Shown here: positions 1-8,103 of the stretch, one piece after another
Layout of the letters: every line of letters starts with the position of its first letter
How positions within the stretch are numbered: the stretch's first letter is position 1
Source of the DNA: a virus
Lineage: Duplodnaviria > Caudoviricetes
IMG/VR virus record: IMGVR_UViG_3300033463_000061
Coordinates: 1 to 64,000 of that record
DNA: 64,000 nucleotides
Direction: 5' to 3' (one strand)
Notes under the pieces: generated by a model
Databases searched by the model: none
Told to the model about the DNA's origin: nothing
What the model saw: the letters and a program-made list of their open reading frames with translations, nothing else
Position numbers and translations under genes: made by a program

Positions 1-269
1 CTGCCGAACTTGTTGAGCGGTCTCCTCGCCTTCACCATTGCTGCCATCCTTTCCTTTTTTCCGCCGCCCGGGTCTCCGTAGAGGGCCACCCCGAGCGCGC
101 GGCATGAGTACCACCCGGTCTCCAGCACGGCCGCAGCCCGCTCCATGAGCCCGCGGCTCGCGCTGTCGGCCATCGGCCGACGCGCCCGCTTGTCTCGCCG
201 TACGGCGATCGGGCACGTATCCCTGATCGAGCAGTCGATGCAGAGGCACTTTAGGCGGCACTTCTTCAT
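1..269 (-). CDS. Hypothetical Cys-rich protein, 3' end outside the window
   Basis: ATG at 269 overlaps the upstream stop (ATGA); MKKCRLKCLCIDC... stays open to the window edge. Confidence 0.65.
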   Translation of the reverse strand, partial: MKKCRLKCLCIDCSIRDTCPIAVRRDKRARRPMADSASRGLMERAAAVLETGWYSCRALGVALYGDPGGGKKERMAAMVKARRPLNKFG

Positions 270-643
270 GTCAGCGGCTGCTCCTCCCAGAGTGATTTGC
301 TGTCGCCGGTTTTTACGTTGACCAACAGCGCCTGCCTTTGGTTCACTATGACCCTGTATCTCGTACCGATCTGGGCGTCGACAACGGCCTTCCACACGGC
401 AAATACGTAGTTCTCGTGCAGCTTTCGCGGCAGGCCGGGGTACTCCTTGGCAAGCGCCGCAGCCAGCTCGTCGGCATCTGCGTCGGTCTCGACGACCTCG
501 GCCATGTCCGCGAGCAGGAACGACGGGACGGCTAGGAACGCCCCCGTATGCTGGCTCGGAAAGCAGGGGACGACGGGCTCTCGCCGCGTCGTCCACCGCT
601 TGTCTTCTTCCCGCTCGCGCGGGATTGAGACGAGGTATTTCAT
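266..643 (-). CDS. Hypothetical protein
   Basis: 125-aa ORF in operon context. Confidence 0.75.
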   Translation of the reverse strand: MKYLVSIPREREEDKRWTTRREPVVPCFPSQHTGAFLAVPSFLLADMAEVVETDADADELAAALAKEYPGLPRKLHENYVFAVWKAVVDAQIGTRYRVIVNQRQALLVNVKTGDSKSLWEEQPLT

Positions 644-649
644 CTCGCG

Positions 650-1324
650 CTACCCGAGCTTGCGGACCTCTTCGGCAGTCGGCGTGATGATCTTCCCCTT
701 GTCGGTCGTGCCGTTGCGCCCAGGTATGCTGAGCTTTGCCTTCGTGACGAACTCGTCCAGGTTCGCGTCGCCGCAGTTAACGAGCGCGACAGCCTGCGCG
801 GTAGTGCAGTCGGGGGTCGTAGAGACAAAACCGGCTCCGGCCGTGTCGCCGTTCCCGTCCGTGCAGATGAGCTCGACACCTACTGCTTTGAGGGTGCTGT
901 GGTCGACGAGGAACCGCACGAGGTGCTGGAACTGCGCCACGATGTGCTCAGGCTTGACGACCGACTTCTCGAGCGCGGCCACGGCCTCCTTCTTGGTCCC
1001 CTGCAGCAGCACCTCGGGGTCCATGCCTTCTTGCGGGGGCTGCGCCGTGATCATGACGACAGCGGCATCGTCAAGCTCCTGTACCTGCTTGAGCAGGGCC
1101 GGAGTGTTGAATGCCACCTCCTTGTTCGTGGTCTCGCCGTTGAGCGTCACGGCAAGCGTAACGTTCCTGTTGGGCTGCGCCGGGCGCGCGTTAGCTGACG
1201 GCGGCTCCTGCTGGGGTTCCTGCTTGGGTTCCTGCTTGGGTTCCTGCTTGGGCTCCTGCTTGGGTTCCTGCTGGGGTTCCTGCTGGGGTTCCTGCATTGG
1301 CACGTTCTCTTTTTGCTCTTCCAT
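650..1324 (-). CDS. Hypothetical protein with an N-terminal (QEP[Q/K])n repeat
   Basis: AAGGAG RBS; tandem QEPQ/QEPK units. Confidence 0.85.
   Translation of the reverse strand: MEEQKENVPMQEPQQEPQQEPKQEPKQEPKQEPKQEPQQEPPSANARPAQPNRNVTLAVTLNGETTNKEVAFNTPALLKQVQELDDAAVVMITAQPPQEGMDPEVLLQGTKKEAVAALEKSVVKPEHIVAQFQHLVRFLVDHSTLKAVGVELICTDGNGDTAGAGFVSTTPDCTTAQAVALVNCGDANLDEFVTKAKLSIPGRNGTTDKGKIITPTAEEVRKLG
1205..1296 (-). repeat. 12-bp coding tandem repeat, about 8 units (CAGGAACCC[C/A]AG)
   Basis: cctgct(g/t)gggtt units visible; encodes QEPQ/QEPK. Confidence 0.9.
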
Positions 1325-1333
1325 GGTATCTCC

Positions 1334-2113
1334 TTATTTTTTGGGTATGATGTACTGTTTCGCAATGTTGACGGCACGTCTTCCGAGGTAGTCCTCGTCT
1401 ACTGCGTGTTCTGCCATTCCGGCTATGAGTTTCTCCTTCTCGGAGAGCTTCGCGATGACGTCTTGCCTGTCGAACTGGCTCGTTAGGGGTGCGTTCATGT
1501 CGACCGCCCACGACTTCCCGGCCTTGGCGTCATTGTCCGCCGCGGCACGAGCTGCATTGTCTACGGCCACCCGCAGCTTGTCGACTCGCGCGTCTATCCT
1601 GCGCAGCCTGTCAAGCAACTCCGTCGCTTTCTTTAGCTCCCGCTCCGCCGCCAGCTCTTCCTGCGTTGCAGGCGATGTCGCACCGTTACGGGTTACCCGT
1701 TCGCGGCGTGCAATCTGTGACGCCTCGTACCTTGCCTTCGCGTCAGCCTCGGCATCCCGGATCTTTGCTTTTCTCGCAGCAGCGGCTTCTGCCTCTACCT
1801 TGGCCCGGAGACTCTTGACCGTCACGACCTCCTGTGCGGCGACGCCGGCACCCTCGACAATGACGCCGGACTGTCCCATCGGGCTAGAGAGCCGCGAGAC
1901 GATGATGGGGACAAACGTCTTGCCTATGGCGGTCAGCGGGGTTATCATCAGGCGGGTGCCGCCGTCTTTCTGCACTACGTCTATGGTGTAGTCGCGGCCT
2001 TCAAGCGGCATCGCGTCAGCCACGATTTCGTACATGAGCTTTGCGTTGATAGCCTGGGCCCCAGACTGCGGCGCCTGTTTTTCCTGTGGCTGTGCGGGTT
2101 GAGGTTCAGTCAT
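1334..2113 (-). CDS. Hypothetical coiled-coil protein
   Basis: Start MTEPQ at 2113 with AAGGAG RBS; Ala/Arg/Glu helical C-terminal half. Confidence 0.8.
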   Translation of the reverse strand: MTEPQPAQPQEKQAPQSGAQAINAKLMYEIVADAMPLEGRDYTIDVVQKDGGTRLMITPLTAIGKTFVPIIVSRLSSPMGQSGVIVEGAGVAAQEVVTVKSLRAKVEAEAAAARKAKIRDAEADAKARYEASQIARRERVTRNGATSPATQEELAAERELKKATELLDRLRRIDARVDKLRVAVDNAARAAADNDAKAGKSWAVDMNAPLTSQFDRQDVIAKLSEKEKLIAGMAEHAVDEDYLGRRAVNIAKQYIIPKK

Positions 2114-2720
2114 TTGCGTTCTCCTTGCTTTCGTTGCTGGTGGCCGCGGGGCGCCCATTGTCGTCGTCTGCCGGTTTGGGTTTTGGTTTGCGCGTATGCT
2201 CTTGGCTTGGCGCGGCATCCGACTCCTGCTCTGGTGCTTTTGCCGGCTCCACCGCCGGTTCAGGCGCATCAGGTGCATCAGGCGCATCCGGCGCATCCGG
2301 CGCCTTTGCGACCGCACCGCCAGCGGCTGGCGCCTTTGGCCGCTCGGCAGGCTTAGCCGGCGCTTGCTGCTTCACCTTGCAGCCCTGCGGCATCCAGATG
2401 CGCGCGATAGCGGCACGGTCTTCGTCGGTGGCGTCGATGGTGAGCCCTCCGATTCCGACCGCTTCGAGGTAGTCGAGTATCGCCTTGCCCATGGCATACT
2501 GCGCAGCCATTACCGCCTGCGGAAATCCTGGTATGTCCATAGGGACGACAATGTCCTTGCTGTACGGGTGGTCAAATACGCCGATCTTGTGCAGGCGGCG
2601 TACGGACATGATTCCCCCGACGCACATCAGGTCTATGAGCGGCTTGTGGACGGCACCGATGAGCGTCCGCAGCTCAGGGTACTCGTCGAGGTCAGCTGTT
2701 ACCAGTGGCGTTACCTTCAT
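2106..2720 (-). CDS. Hypothetical protein with a Pro/Ala/Asp low-complexity tail
   Basis: 204 aa; (APD)n 9-bp repeats at about 2260-2305. Confidence 0.8.
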   Translation of the reverse strand: MKVTPLVTADLDEYPELRTLIGAVHKPLIDLMCVGGIMSVRRLHKIGVFDHPYSKDIVVPMDIPGFPQAVMAAQYAMGKAILDYLEAVGIGGLTIDATDEDRAAIARIWMPQGCKVKQQAPAKPAERPKAPAAGGAVAKAPDAPDAPDAPDAPEPAVEPAKAPEQESDAAPSQEHTRKPKPKPADDDNGRPAATSNESKENAND

Positions 2721-3273
2721 CGTTGGTCCCTTCTTTTTGTGGTTGTTCCTGCTGTTCGGACTGTACAGGCTGCTCAGGCGCCGGCTCTGGCGCGGGCTGC
2801 GGTGGTTCCGGGTCCGAACCCAGCGACAGCGCCATGGCCAGCGTCACGAATGGGCCCAGAGGCGTCTCCATGTGGCATGGTGCCCGCAGGTACGCCTCGA
2901 TCTTGGCGAGCGTCGCGCGGTCGTTCAGGTTGATGTCGTCGTTCCTGTGCGCCAGCACGTATTCCAGCTGCCCGGGGTGCTTCCTGCGGAGCCAGTCGGC
3001 GAACCAGATTCCGCCCTTGTGTGCGGAGTCCTTGCCGAACTTGTGGTGGCTCGGGCACAGGAGCACGCCGTTCATCGGGTCGTACCTCAGCGCCCTGCAG
3101 GTGTTGCGGTTCTCGAGGTGGTGCGCGTTCGGCGTGCTTTCGCTTCCGCACACGGCGCACTTGTGCCCCCACTCATCGCCCACCCGCGCCGTCCAGAGGC
3201 GCATTAGCCGTCTCCGGATCCGCGCCAACGGCTCCAGCCGTTTGCGCTTCGTCTTTTTGGGTTTCTTTTTCAT
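2692..3273 (-). CDS. HNH endonuclease, NinG/Rap-like
   Basis: CAVC...HHLE...RYDPMNGVLLCPSHH zinc/HNH pattern. Confidence 0.8.
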   Translation of the reverse strand: MKKKPKKTKRKRLEPLARIRRRLMRLWTARVGDEWGHKCAVCGSESTPNAHHLENRNTCRALRYDPMNGVLLCPSHHKFGKDSAHKGGIWFADWLRRKHPGQLEYVLAHRNDDINLNDRATLAKIEAYLRAPCHMETPLGPFVTLAMALSLGSDPEPPQPAPEPAPEQPVQSEQQEQPQKEGTNDEGNATGNS

Positions 3274-4765
3274 TGGTTGGCATTATACCATTTCTCGCAG
3301 ACTCACGCAACGCTCGGACTTCGGCGAACATGAGTTTGGCTTTTGTCGGCTTTCCGCCCCTCATGGCGGCCATCGCACGTTTCTCAAGGGACGCGGCGCG
3401 GGCGAGCATGGCCTTGCGGCGGTGGGCCGCGGCGCTTCTCGCGCGGCGCCTGCGCTTGGCCTCCGTAGAGCCCCACAGGCGCGCCTCGTAGTAGACGGTG
3501 GCCTTCTCGACCATCGTGAACACGGAGTCGATGCGCTCGTCCCAGTCGAGCCATTCGCGCTCCTCGCGCGTCAGGTACTGGGACTTCTTGTTCGGCTTCT
3601 CTTTCGGCGGACGCGACTGCGGCCTGCCCGGGGCTCCTTCTGCCCGCATGTTGAGGCGCAGGCACTCGCGGCACGGCAGCGGGGGAGACGACGCGACGAG
3701 GTCTCGCATCTCCTGGCTGCCGAGCCAGTCCAGCACGTGCCAGTATCGCACGTTGTCGGCGACTGCCTCGCCGCGGGCGGCTTTCGCGGCTTCGATATAC
3801 GCCGGCAGCGAATCCCACGGCATGAGCGCGGGGGCTGCCACGACGAACTCCGGCTGCGACCAGACGTCCATGGCGCTCGGCTGCTGCCTGAGGACAACGT
3901 CCGCGAGCTCCCAGCCCGCGAGCGACACCATGGTCGGCGAGCACGACCAGCGGTTGACTTCCATCCACTTGCCGGTCCCGTCGGTGAACCCCTTCGGGTG
4001 CGGTTCGATGTACACACCCGCCGCGAGGAAGCACAGGTCCCTGTCCGGGACCGGTGCCCGCATGTTGAGGCACGGCACGCGCACAAACGGGGCGTGGAAG
4101 CTGTTAGAGTCGCAGATGGAGATCCCGTACCGCAGGAACCCGTCGTTTGACTGTGCTGCCTCGGCCGGCCTAAGCGGCGGCGGTTCGCCAGACACGTCGA
4201 CCGGCAGGTCATACCGTATCGCCGCCGCCAGCCTTGCGACCCAGTTTATCGTGAGGCTTCCGTACAGGCCCATCGCCTGCGGGCGGAACTTTGCCTGCAC
4301 CTCCGCCCTGTGGGCGAGGGCGTGGGCCGCCTCCAGCAGCCGCCACCCCCACCTTTCCGACATGAGGTCCACGATGGCGGGGCTTTGCGGCCTTCGCACG
4401 ACTACCCCGTCCACCGGCATTCCGACGCGGTAGAACGCCGGAACGGTCTCGTTTAGCCACGTCGTGTTTGTCTTCCGGAACGCTGGTATCCGCTGCGGAG
4501 GCATCGTCCTGAACTCCGTCCACGGGGTCGGGGCGCCCACCGTGTCCCACAAACGGAGACCACCAGCCGGCCCCGGGGCGAACGGGTTCGGATCCACAGA
4601 CGCCGTGCTTGCCGCAGCGGCAATCAGCCGCTCCGGAGTCAGCCACGCCTGGTGCAGGCACTCCGGATGGGTGTACGGGAAGTGGCTCTCCCCCACTAGC
4701 CGTACGACAGACTCCGCAAGCTTTGCCCGCTCCACCAGCACATTTTGCAGCGTAGATGGTTCCAT
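3173..4765 (-). CDS. Hypothetical protein, ~530 aa
   Basis: Long ORF; start MEPST with GGAG RBS; CxxC and basic C-terminus. Confidence 0.8.
   Translation of the reverse strand: MEPSTLQNVLVERAKLAESVVRLVGESHFPYTHPECLHQAWLTPERLIAAAASTASVDPNPFAPGPAGGLRLWDTVGAPTPWTEFRTMPPQRIPAFRKTNTTWLNETVPAFYRVGMPVDGVVVRRPQSPAIVDLMSERWGWRLLEAAHALAHRAEVQAKFRPQAMGLYGSLTINWVARLAAAIRYDLPVDVSGEPPPLRPAEAAQSNDGFLRYGISICDSNSFHAPFVRVPCLNMRAPVPDRDLCFLAAGVYIEPHPKGFTDGTGKWMEVNRWSCSPTMVSLAGWELADVVLRQQPSAMDVWSQPEFVVAAPALMPWDSLPAYIEAAKAARGEAVADNVRYWHVLDWLGSQEMRDLVASSPPLPCRECLRLNMRAEGAPGRPQSRPPKEKPNKKSQYLTREEREWLDWDERIDSVFTMVEKATVYYEARLWGSTEAKRRRRARSAAAHRRKAMLARAASLEKRAMAAMRGGKPTKAKLMFAEVRALRESARNGIMPTNEKETQKDEAQTAGAVGADPETANAPLDGAGGR
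3282..3290 (-). promoter_or_regulatory. Extended -10 promoter element TGGTATAAT
   Basis: Exact TGnTATAAT 8 nt upstream of the HNH start codon. Confidence 0.65.
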
Positions 4766-5003
4766 CGGCGTTCTCCACATAGTTAGACATCAGAAACTCC
4801 AGTATACCGCGCACGCACGCCTTGCCGCCGTCGAACTCCATGTTGCACTTGTCGATCGCTTCGGCGTACGAACACATGTCGCACGCCTCGTTGAACGCAA
4901 AGGCGCGTGCAAGCGTCTCGGGGTCGCGGCATAGGCGCGCGAACACGGTTTCGGTCACCTCGGCGGCAGGATTATCCTGCCCCGTCCTCTCGCTCTCTCC
5001 CAT
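4209..5003 (-). CDS. Small Cys-rich protein with a long C-terminal extension overlapping the next gene
   Basis: First ~78 aa look protein-like (CDMC...C...CVRGILEFL); no stop until 4209. Confidence 0.5.
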   Translation of the reverse strand: MGESERTGQDNPAAEVTETVFARLCRDPETLARAFAFNEACDMCSYAEAIDKCNMEFDGGKACVRGILEFLMSNYVENADGTIYAAKCAGGAGKACGVCRTASGGEPLPVHPSGVPAPGVADSGAADCRCGKHGVCGSEPVRPGAGWWSPFVGHGGRPDPVDGVQDDASAADTSVPEDKHDVAKRDRSGVLPRRNAGGRGSRAKAAKPRHRGPHVGKVGVAAAGGGPRPRPQGGGAGKVPPAGDGPVRKPHDKLGRKAGGGDTV

Positions 5004-5350
5004 TCCTCGATCTCCTGTATCACGCTCTCCTTGAGCCCGGGACGGCAGATGCCGCACGCCTCGACGTGAAGAATGCTGTGCGGGCGGATGTAGAATCCGC
5101 TCGCCAGCATCTTCGGCTTGAGGCGGCAGATGACCGCCTTGCATTTCCTGCAGATGACCTTCGCGGTGTCTGCGTACGTCTTCATGCACTCCCCGCACAG
5201 CTGGTCGGGAGTGCCTACGAAGTACGGCATCAGGTACGGTTTCCCGCACATGAGGCACGGCACGATGTTGCCCGGAAGTGCGGGGTCCGGCTGCACCTTG
5301 CGGAACTTTATCCTGCCGTCCGTCAGTCTTGGAAGGTCTTCGTAGTCCAT
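4955..5350 (-). CDS. Zinc-finger protein
   Basis: CLMC, CGEC, CRKC and CGIC motifs. Confidence 0.8.
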   Translation of the reverse strand: MDYEDLPRLTDGRIKFRKVQPDPALPGNIVPCLMCGKPYLMPYFVGTPDQLCGECMKTYADTAKVICRKCKAVICRLKPKMLASGFYIRPHSILHVEACGICRPGLKESVIQEIEEWERARGRGRIILPPR

Positions 5351-5351
5351 G

Positions 5352-5534
5352 CTATTGCCCCAGTTGCTCGATGATCGCGTCGCGCTCGGCCTTCAGGTCC
5401 TTGATGCGCTCGTTGTACGCCTTGGCGGACGCCTTCTTCTCGGCCTCCACCTCGATCAGCTGCCGGTCGATGTTCTCCAGCGACTCGCGGAGCTGCGCCG
5501 GAGTCCGCTGCGGCTCGTCTATGAACTCGTCCAC
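5352..5534 (-). CDS. Small coiled-coil protein
   Basis: GTG start with GGAGG RBS; LENIDRQLIEVEAEKKASAKAYNERIKDL heptads. Confidence 0.7.
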   Translation of the reverse strand: MDEFIDEPQRTPAQLRESLENIDRQLIEVEAEKKASAKAYNERIKDLKAERDAIIEQLGQ

Positions 5535-6052
5535 TTCGGGCCTCCTTTCGCAAGGCTCTTGTAGAATACCTCCGCGTCGCAGTCGGCCATCACGCACGAC
5601 TGGTCGCGGCTCCTGTACAGCTTGCACGGAAGCGGGATCCGGCAGAGGTCGAGCAGGTCGACTCCCCCCAGCCATACCTTTACGCGCAGCTCCTGCGTGT
5701 CCTTGACGCGGTACACGACCGCCACCGGCCGCAGGGCCGGGCACGGGCGCAACTGCTCGGACAGTTCGATCGCGGCGTCCTCGGCCTCCTGCGCGTTCTT
5801 CACGTCGCGGAGCGGGGCGAGCGGCCACAGGGCCTGGCATCCGCTGCGCTGCGCGACCGCGCATGCCCGCTCGTAGAGGGTCGTGTCGTCCTGCCTGAGC
5901 GTGTCGAGGCCGAGCCTGCGCTCCCACGAGGGCAGGGCCTTCTCGGAAAGCCCGAGGGCGCGGAGGATGCGCCTTGCGGCCATGTCCTCCGTGCTCTGGG
6001 TGGCGTCGGCTCCGCCTTCCTCGTACTTGCGCTTGATGTCGGTCCAGCTCAT
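5519..6052 (-). CDS. Hypothetical protein
   Basis: Start MSWTD coupled to the upstream stop. Confidence 0.75.
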   Translation of the reverse strand: MSWTDIKRKYEEGGADATQSTEDMAARRILRALGLSEKALPSWERRLGLDTLRQDDTTLYERACAVAQRSGCQALWPLAPLRDVKNAQEAEDAAIELSEQLRPCPALRPVAVVYRVKDTQELRVKVWLGGVDLLDLCRIPLPCKLYRSRDQSCVMADCDAEVFYKSLAKGGPKWTSS

Positions 6053-6312
6053 TGGGGCTCCGCCTTTACCGAGTTGAGGACGAACACCGTGAGCGACTCG
6101 TCCTCGTTCCGGAACACGGCGCGGGCATAAACCCCTCCCGGGTTCTGGGTAAGCTCGACCCTGCGGTCCTCCAGCTCCGGGCAGCCGATGCGGCGGTACG
6201 CCTCCAGCTTGGCCTCGTACTCCCGCTTGGCCGACTCGAGGTCGTTCCACAGGCTTAGCTCGTCCGGGTCCGCCGACTCGGTGTAGTGCCGCTGCACTAT
6301 GTACTGTGTCAT
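6049..6312 (-). CDS. Hypothetical protein
   Basis: 87 aa; ATGA coupling. Confidence 0.75.
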   Translation of the reverse strand: MTQYIVQRHYTESADPDELSLWNDLESAKREYEAKLEAYRRIGCPELEDRRVELTQNPGGVYARAVFRNEDESLTVFVLNSVKAEPQ

Positions 6313-6587
6313 CTGTCGCCCCTTGTTGTGTTGCTGAGCGGCACGGGCCCGGAGACGATCCAGTTGCGCGGGTCGAGTCCAGGAACCTGCGCATTCTTGC
6401 TGCAGTCACCGGGGCTTTCCTTGACCCACTGGGGCCAGTCGTAGCCCTGGAGCGTCTTGCGCGTGTAGCCGGCCTTGATGTACTGGCAGTCGCGGTAGCC
6501 GTCGACGACGATCGCGGTAACCGAGATCGTCGTGATCATCGCCAGCACCGAGCAGACTATCGCGAGCCAGAATGTCTTGTCGCTCAT
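6309..6587 (-). CDS. Small membrane protein
   Basis: N-terminal hydrophobic helix FWLAIVCSVLAMITTISVTAIVV. Confidence 0.75.
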   Translation of the reverse strand: MSDKTFWLAIVCSVLAMITTISVTAIVVDGYRDCQYIKAGYTRKTLQGYDWPQWVKESPGDCSKNAQVPGLDPRNWIVSGPVPLSNTTRGDR

Positions 6588-6814
6588 TTCGCCTCCTTGT
6601 TGTTGCGGTCCCTTGCCGGGTGGTCCAGCAGCTCCCCGCGCTCGAGGTGGTAGACCCTCTTCTCGAGCACAAGGATCCGCTCGTCCTGCTCCTTCTGGTA
6701 GCGCCAGAGCGCCTTGTCGCCGTTCCGGACGTCGTCACGGACCATGCCGACGTCGTACGTAGACGCGCACCCCGCGGCCAGAAGGGCGGCCGCGATCGCA
6801 AGAAGCCACTTCAT
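6584..6814 (-). CDS. Putative lipoprotein
   Basis: MKWLLAIAAALLAAG|C signal peptide with lipobox. Confidence 0.75.
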   Translation of the reverse strand: MKWLLAIAAALLAAGCASTYDVGMVRDDVRNGDKALWRYQKEQDERILVLEKRVYHLERGELLDHPARDRNNKEAK

Positions 6815-8103
6815 TCTGCGGCCTCCTGCGCGGGCTCCTGCTGCGGTTCGCCTGTCTCGCCCTCGGCCTCCTTGTTCTTCCACGAGGTCTCGAAGTCGAA
6901 CCCGAAGCCCCTGAGCCTGAGCGCCTGGCGGCAGCACATGAGAAGGTCCTCGTTGGCGTAGAACGCGCGCATGAAGTCCTCCTCGCTCCTGAACGACTTG
7001 TCGGAGAGGAGCGTGCACTTGATGCCGGCGGACGTGCGCGTCGGGATCTGCGCCTTGTCGAAGAGGTTGAACTTCTCCGCGAACGGGCTGCACGGGTGCT
7101 TGATCAGGAACTCCGCGTCGGAGTGGACGAGGTCGAAGCCGCGGCCGTTGACGAGGTACAGCTTCACCTCGCGCGTCGAGCCGCCGAACTTGTCGCCGCT
7201 CCACTTGTTCTTGAAGCACTTCAGGTTGACTTCGCTGCCGGTCTTGTCACCCGTGCGCGGGTCGTACTGGTCCTTGGCGGAGAAGTCATACGCGTACGTG
7301 GCGGAGATGCCGACCGCGTCCTGCGCGACGGAGGTCTTCTGCGGGCCTGCGAACGCGGCCGGGCCGGTTGCGATCTTCTGCGTCTCGTGCGAGGTCAGGA
7401 ACAGGCACGCCTTGCACTGGCGCATGCGCTGGACGCGCAGGCGGAACCACTCGCGCATCTTCCTGGCCATGAGGCCCGGCTGCGACGTCTTGCTCATGTC
7501 CGCGACGTCCTGGTTGACCTTCTCCTCCTGCGCCAGCTGCGACAGGGAGTCCACTCCGATCATGATCGGGTGCTCCATGTCCGGGTCGAGCGGGTCCGTG
7601 TACTTGGTCTTGGACGCACGGCCGGAGTCCCCCACGGAGCCCCCGAATCCGCCGCGGATCTCGCACACGACCTCGTCGATCAGGGCAAGGCACTCGTCGA
7701 GCGATTTGGTCTCGCTCATGATGAGCTCCTCCGGGTCGCAGCCGAACGACGCGACCCAGTCGGCCGGAGAGCACGCGCCCTCGGTCTCCACGTGCATGCA
7801 GTAGGCCCCGTGGCGCTTCTGCGCCGCGCCGTACTGCAGGTACATGAAGGACGACTTGCCCTTCGAGAAGTTCGCACGCTCCTGGCAGATGCGGCCTGCG
7901 AGCCAGCCCTTCGCGCCGATCAGGTACTCCATCGCGATGGACGGCAGGTCCTTGACCGGGTTCCACACGTCGACGTACGACACGCGCTCCATTGCGGAGG
8001 CGGACGTGTCGACGTTGTCGTGGTTGGCCCGGAGCCGTTCGAGGAGCGCCGACCCCTTCCGGATCGGCGCCCCCGAAGGAACCAGTTTTTCCTTCTTGGC
8101 CAT
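6811..8103 (-). CDS. recA: RecA/UvsX-like recombinase
   Basis: GWLAGRI..ANFSKGKSS Walker A variant, HVETEG, IGVDSL Walker B, ARKMREWFR, KCFKNK. Confidence 0.85.
   Translation of the reverse strand: MAKKEKLVPSGAPIRKGSALLERLRANHDNVDTSASAMERVSYVDVWNPVKDLPSIAMEYLIGAKGWLAGRICQERANFSKGKSSFMYLQYGAAQKRHGAYCMHVETEGACSPADWVASFGCDPEELIMSETKSLDECLALIDEVVCEIRGGFGGSVGDSGRASKTKYTDPLDPDMEHPIMIGVDSLSQLAQEEKVNQDVADMSKTSQPGLMARKMREWFRLRVQRMRQCKACLFLTSHETQKIATGPAAFAGPQKTSVAQDAVGISATYAYDFSAKDQYDPRTGDKTGSEVNLKCFKNKWSGDKFGGSTREVKLYLVNGRGFDLVHSDAEFLIKHPCSPFAEKFNLFDKAQIPTRTSAGIKCTLLSDKSFRSEEDFMRAFYANEDLLMCCRQALRLRGFGFDFETSWKNKEAEGETGEPQQEPAQEAAE

Noticed and set aside
1205-1296. Regular short repeats that could suggest a CRISPR array or iterons
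   Set aside because: In-frame 12-bp coding repeats with no spacers and no cas genes
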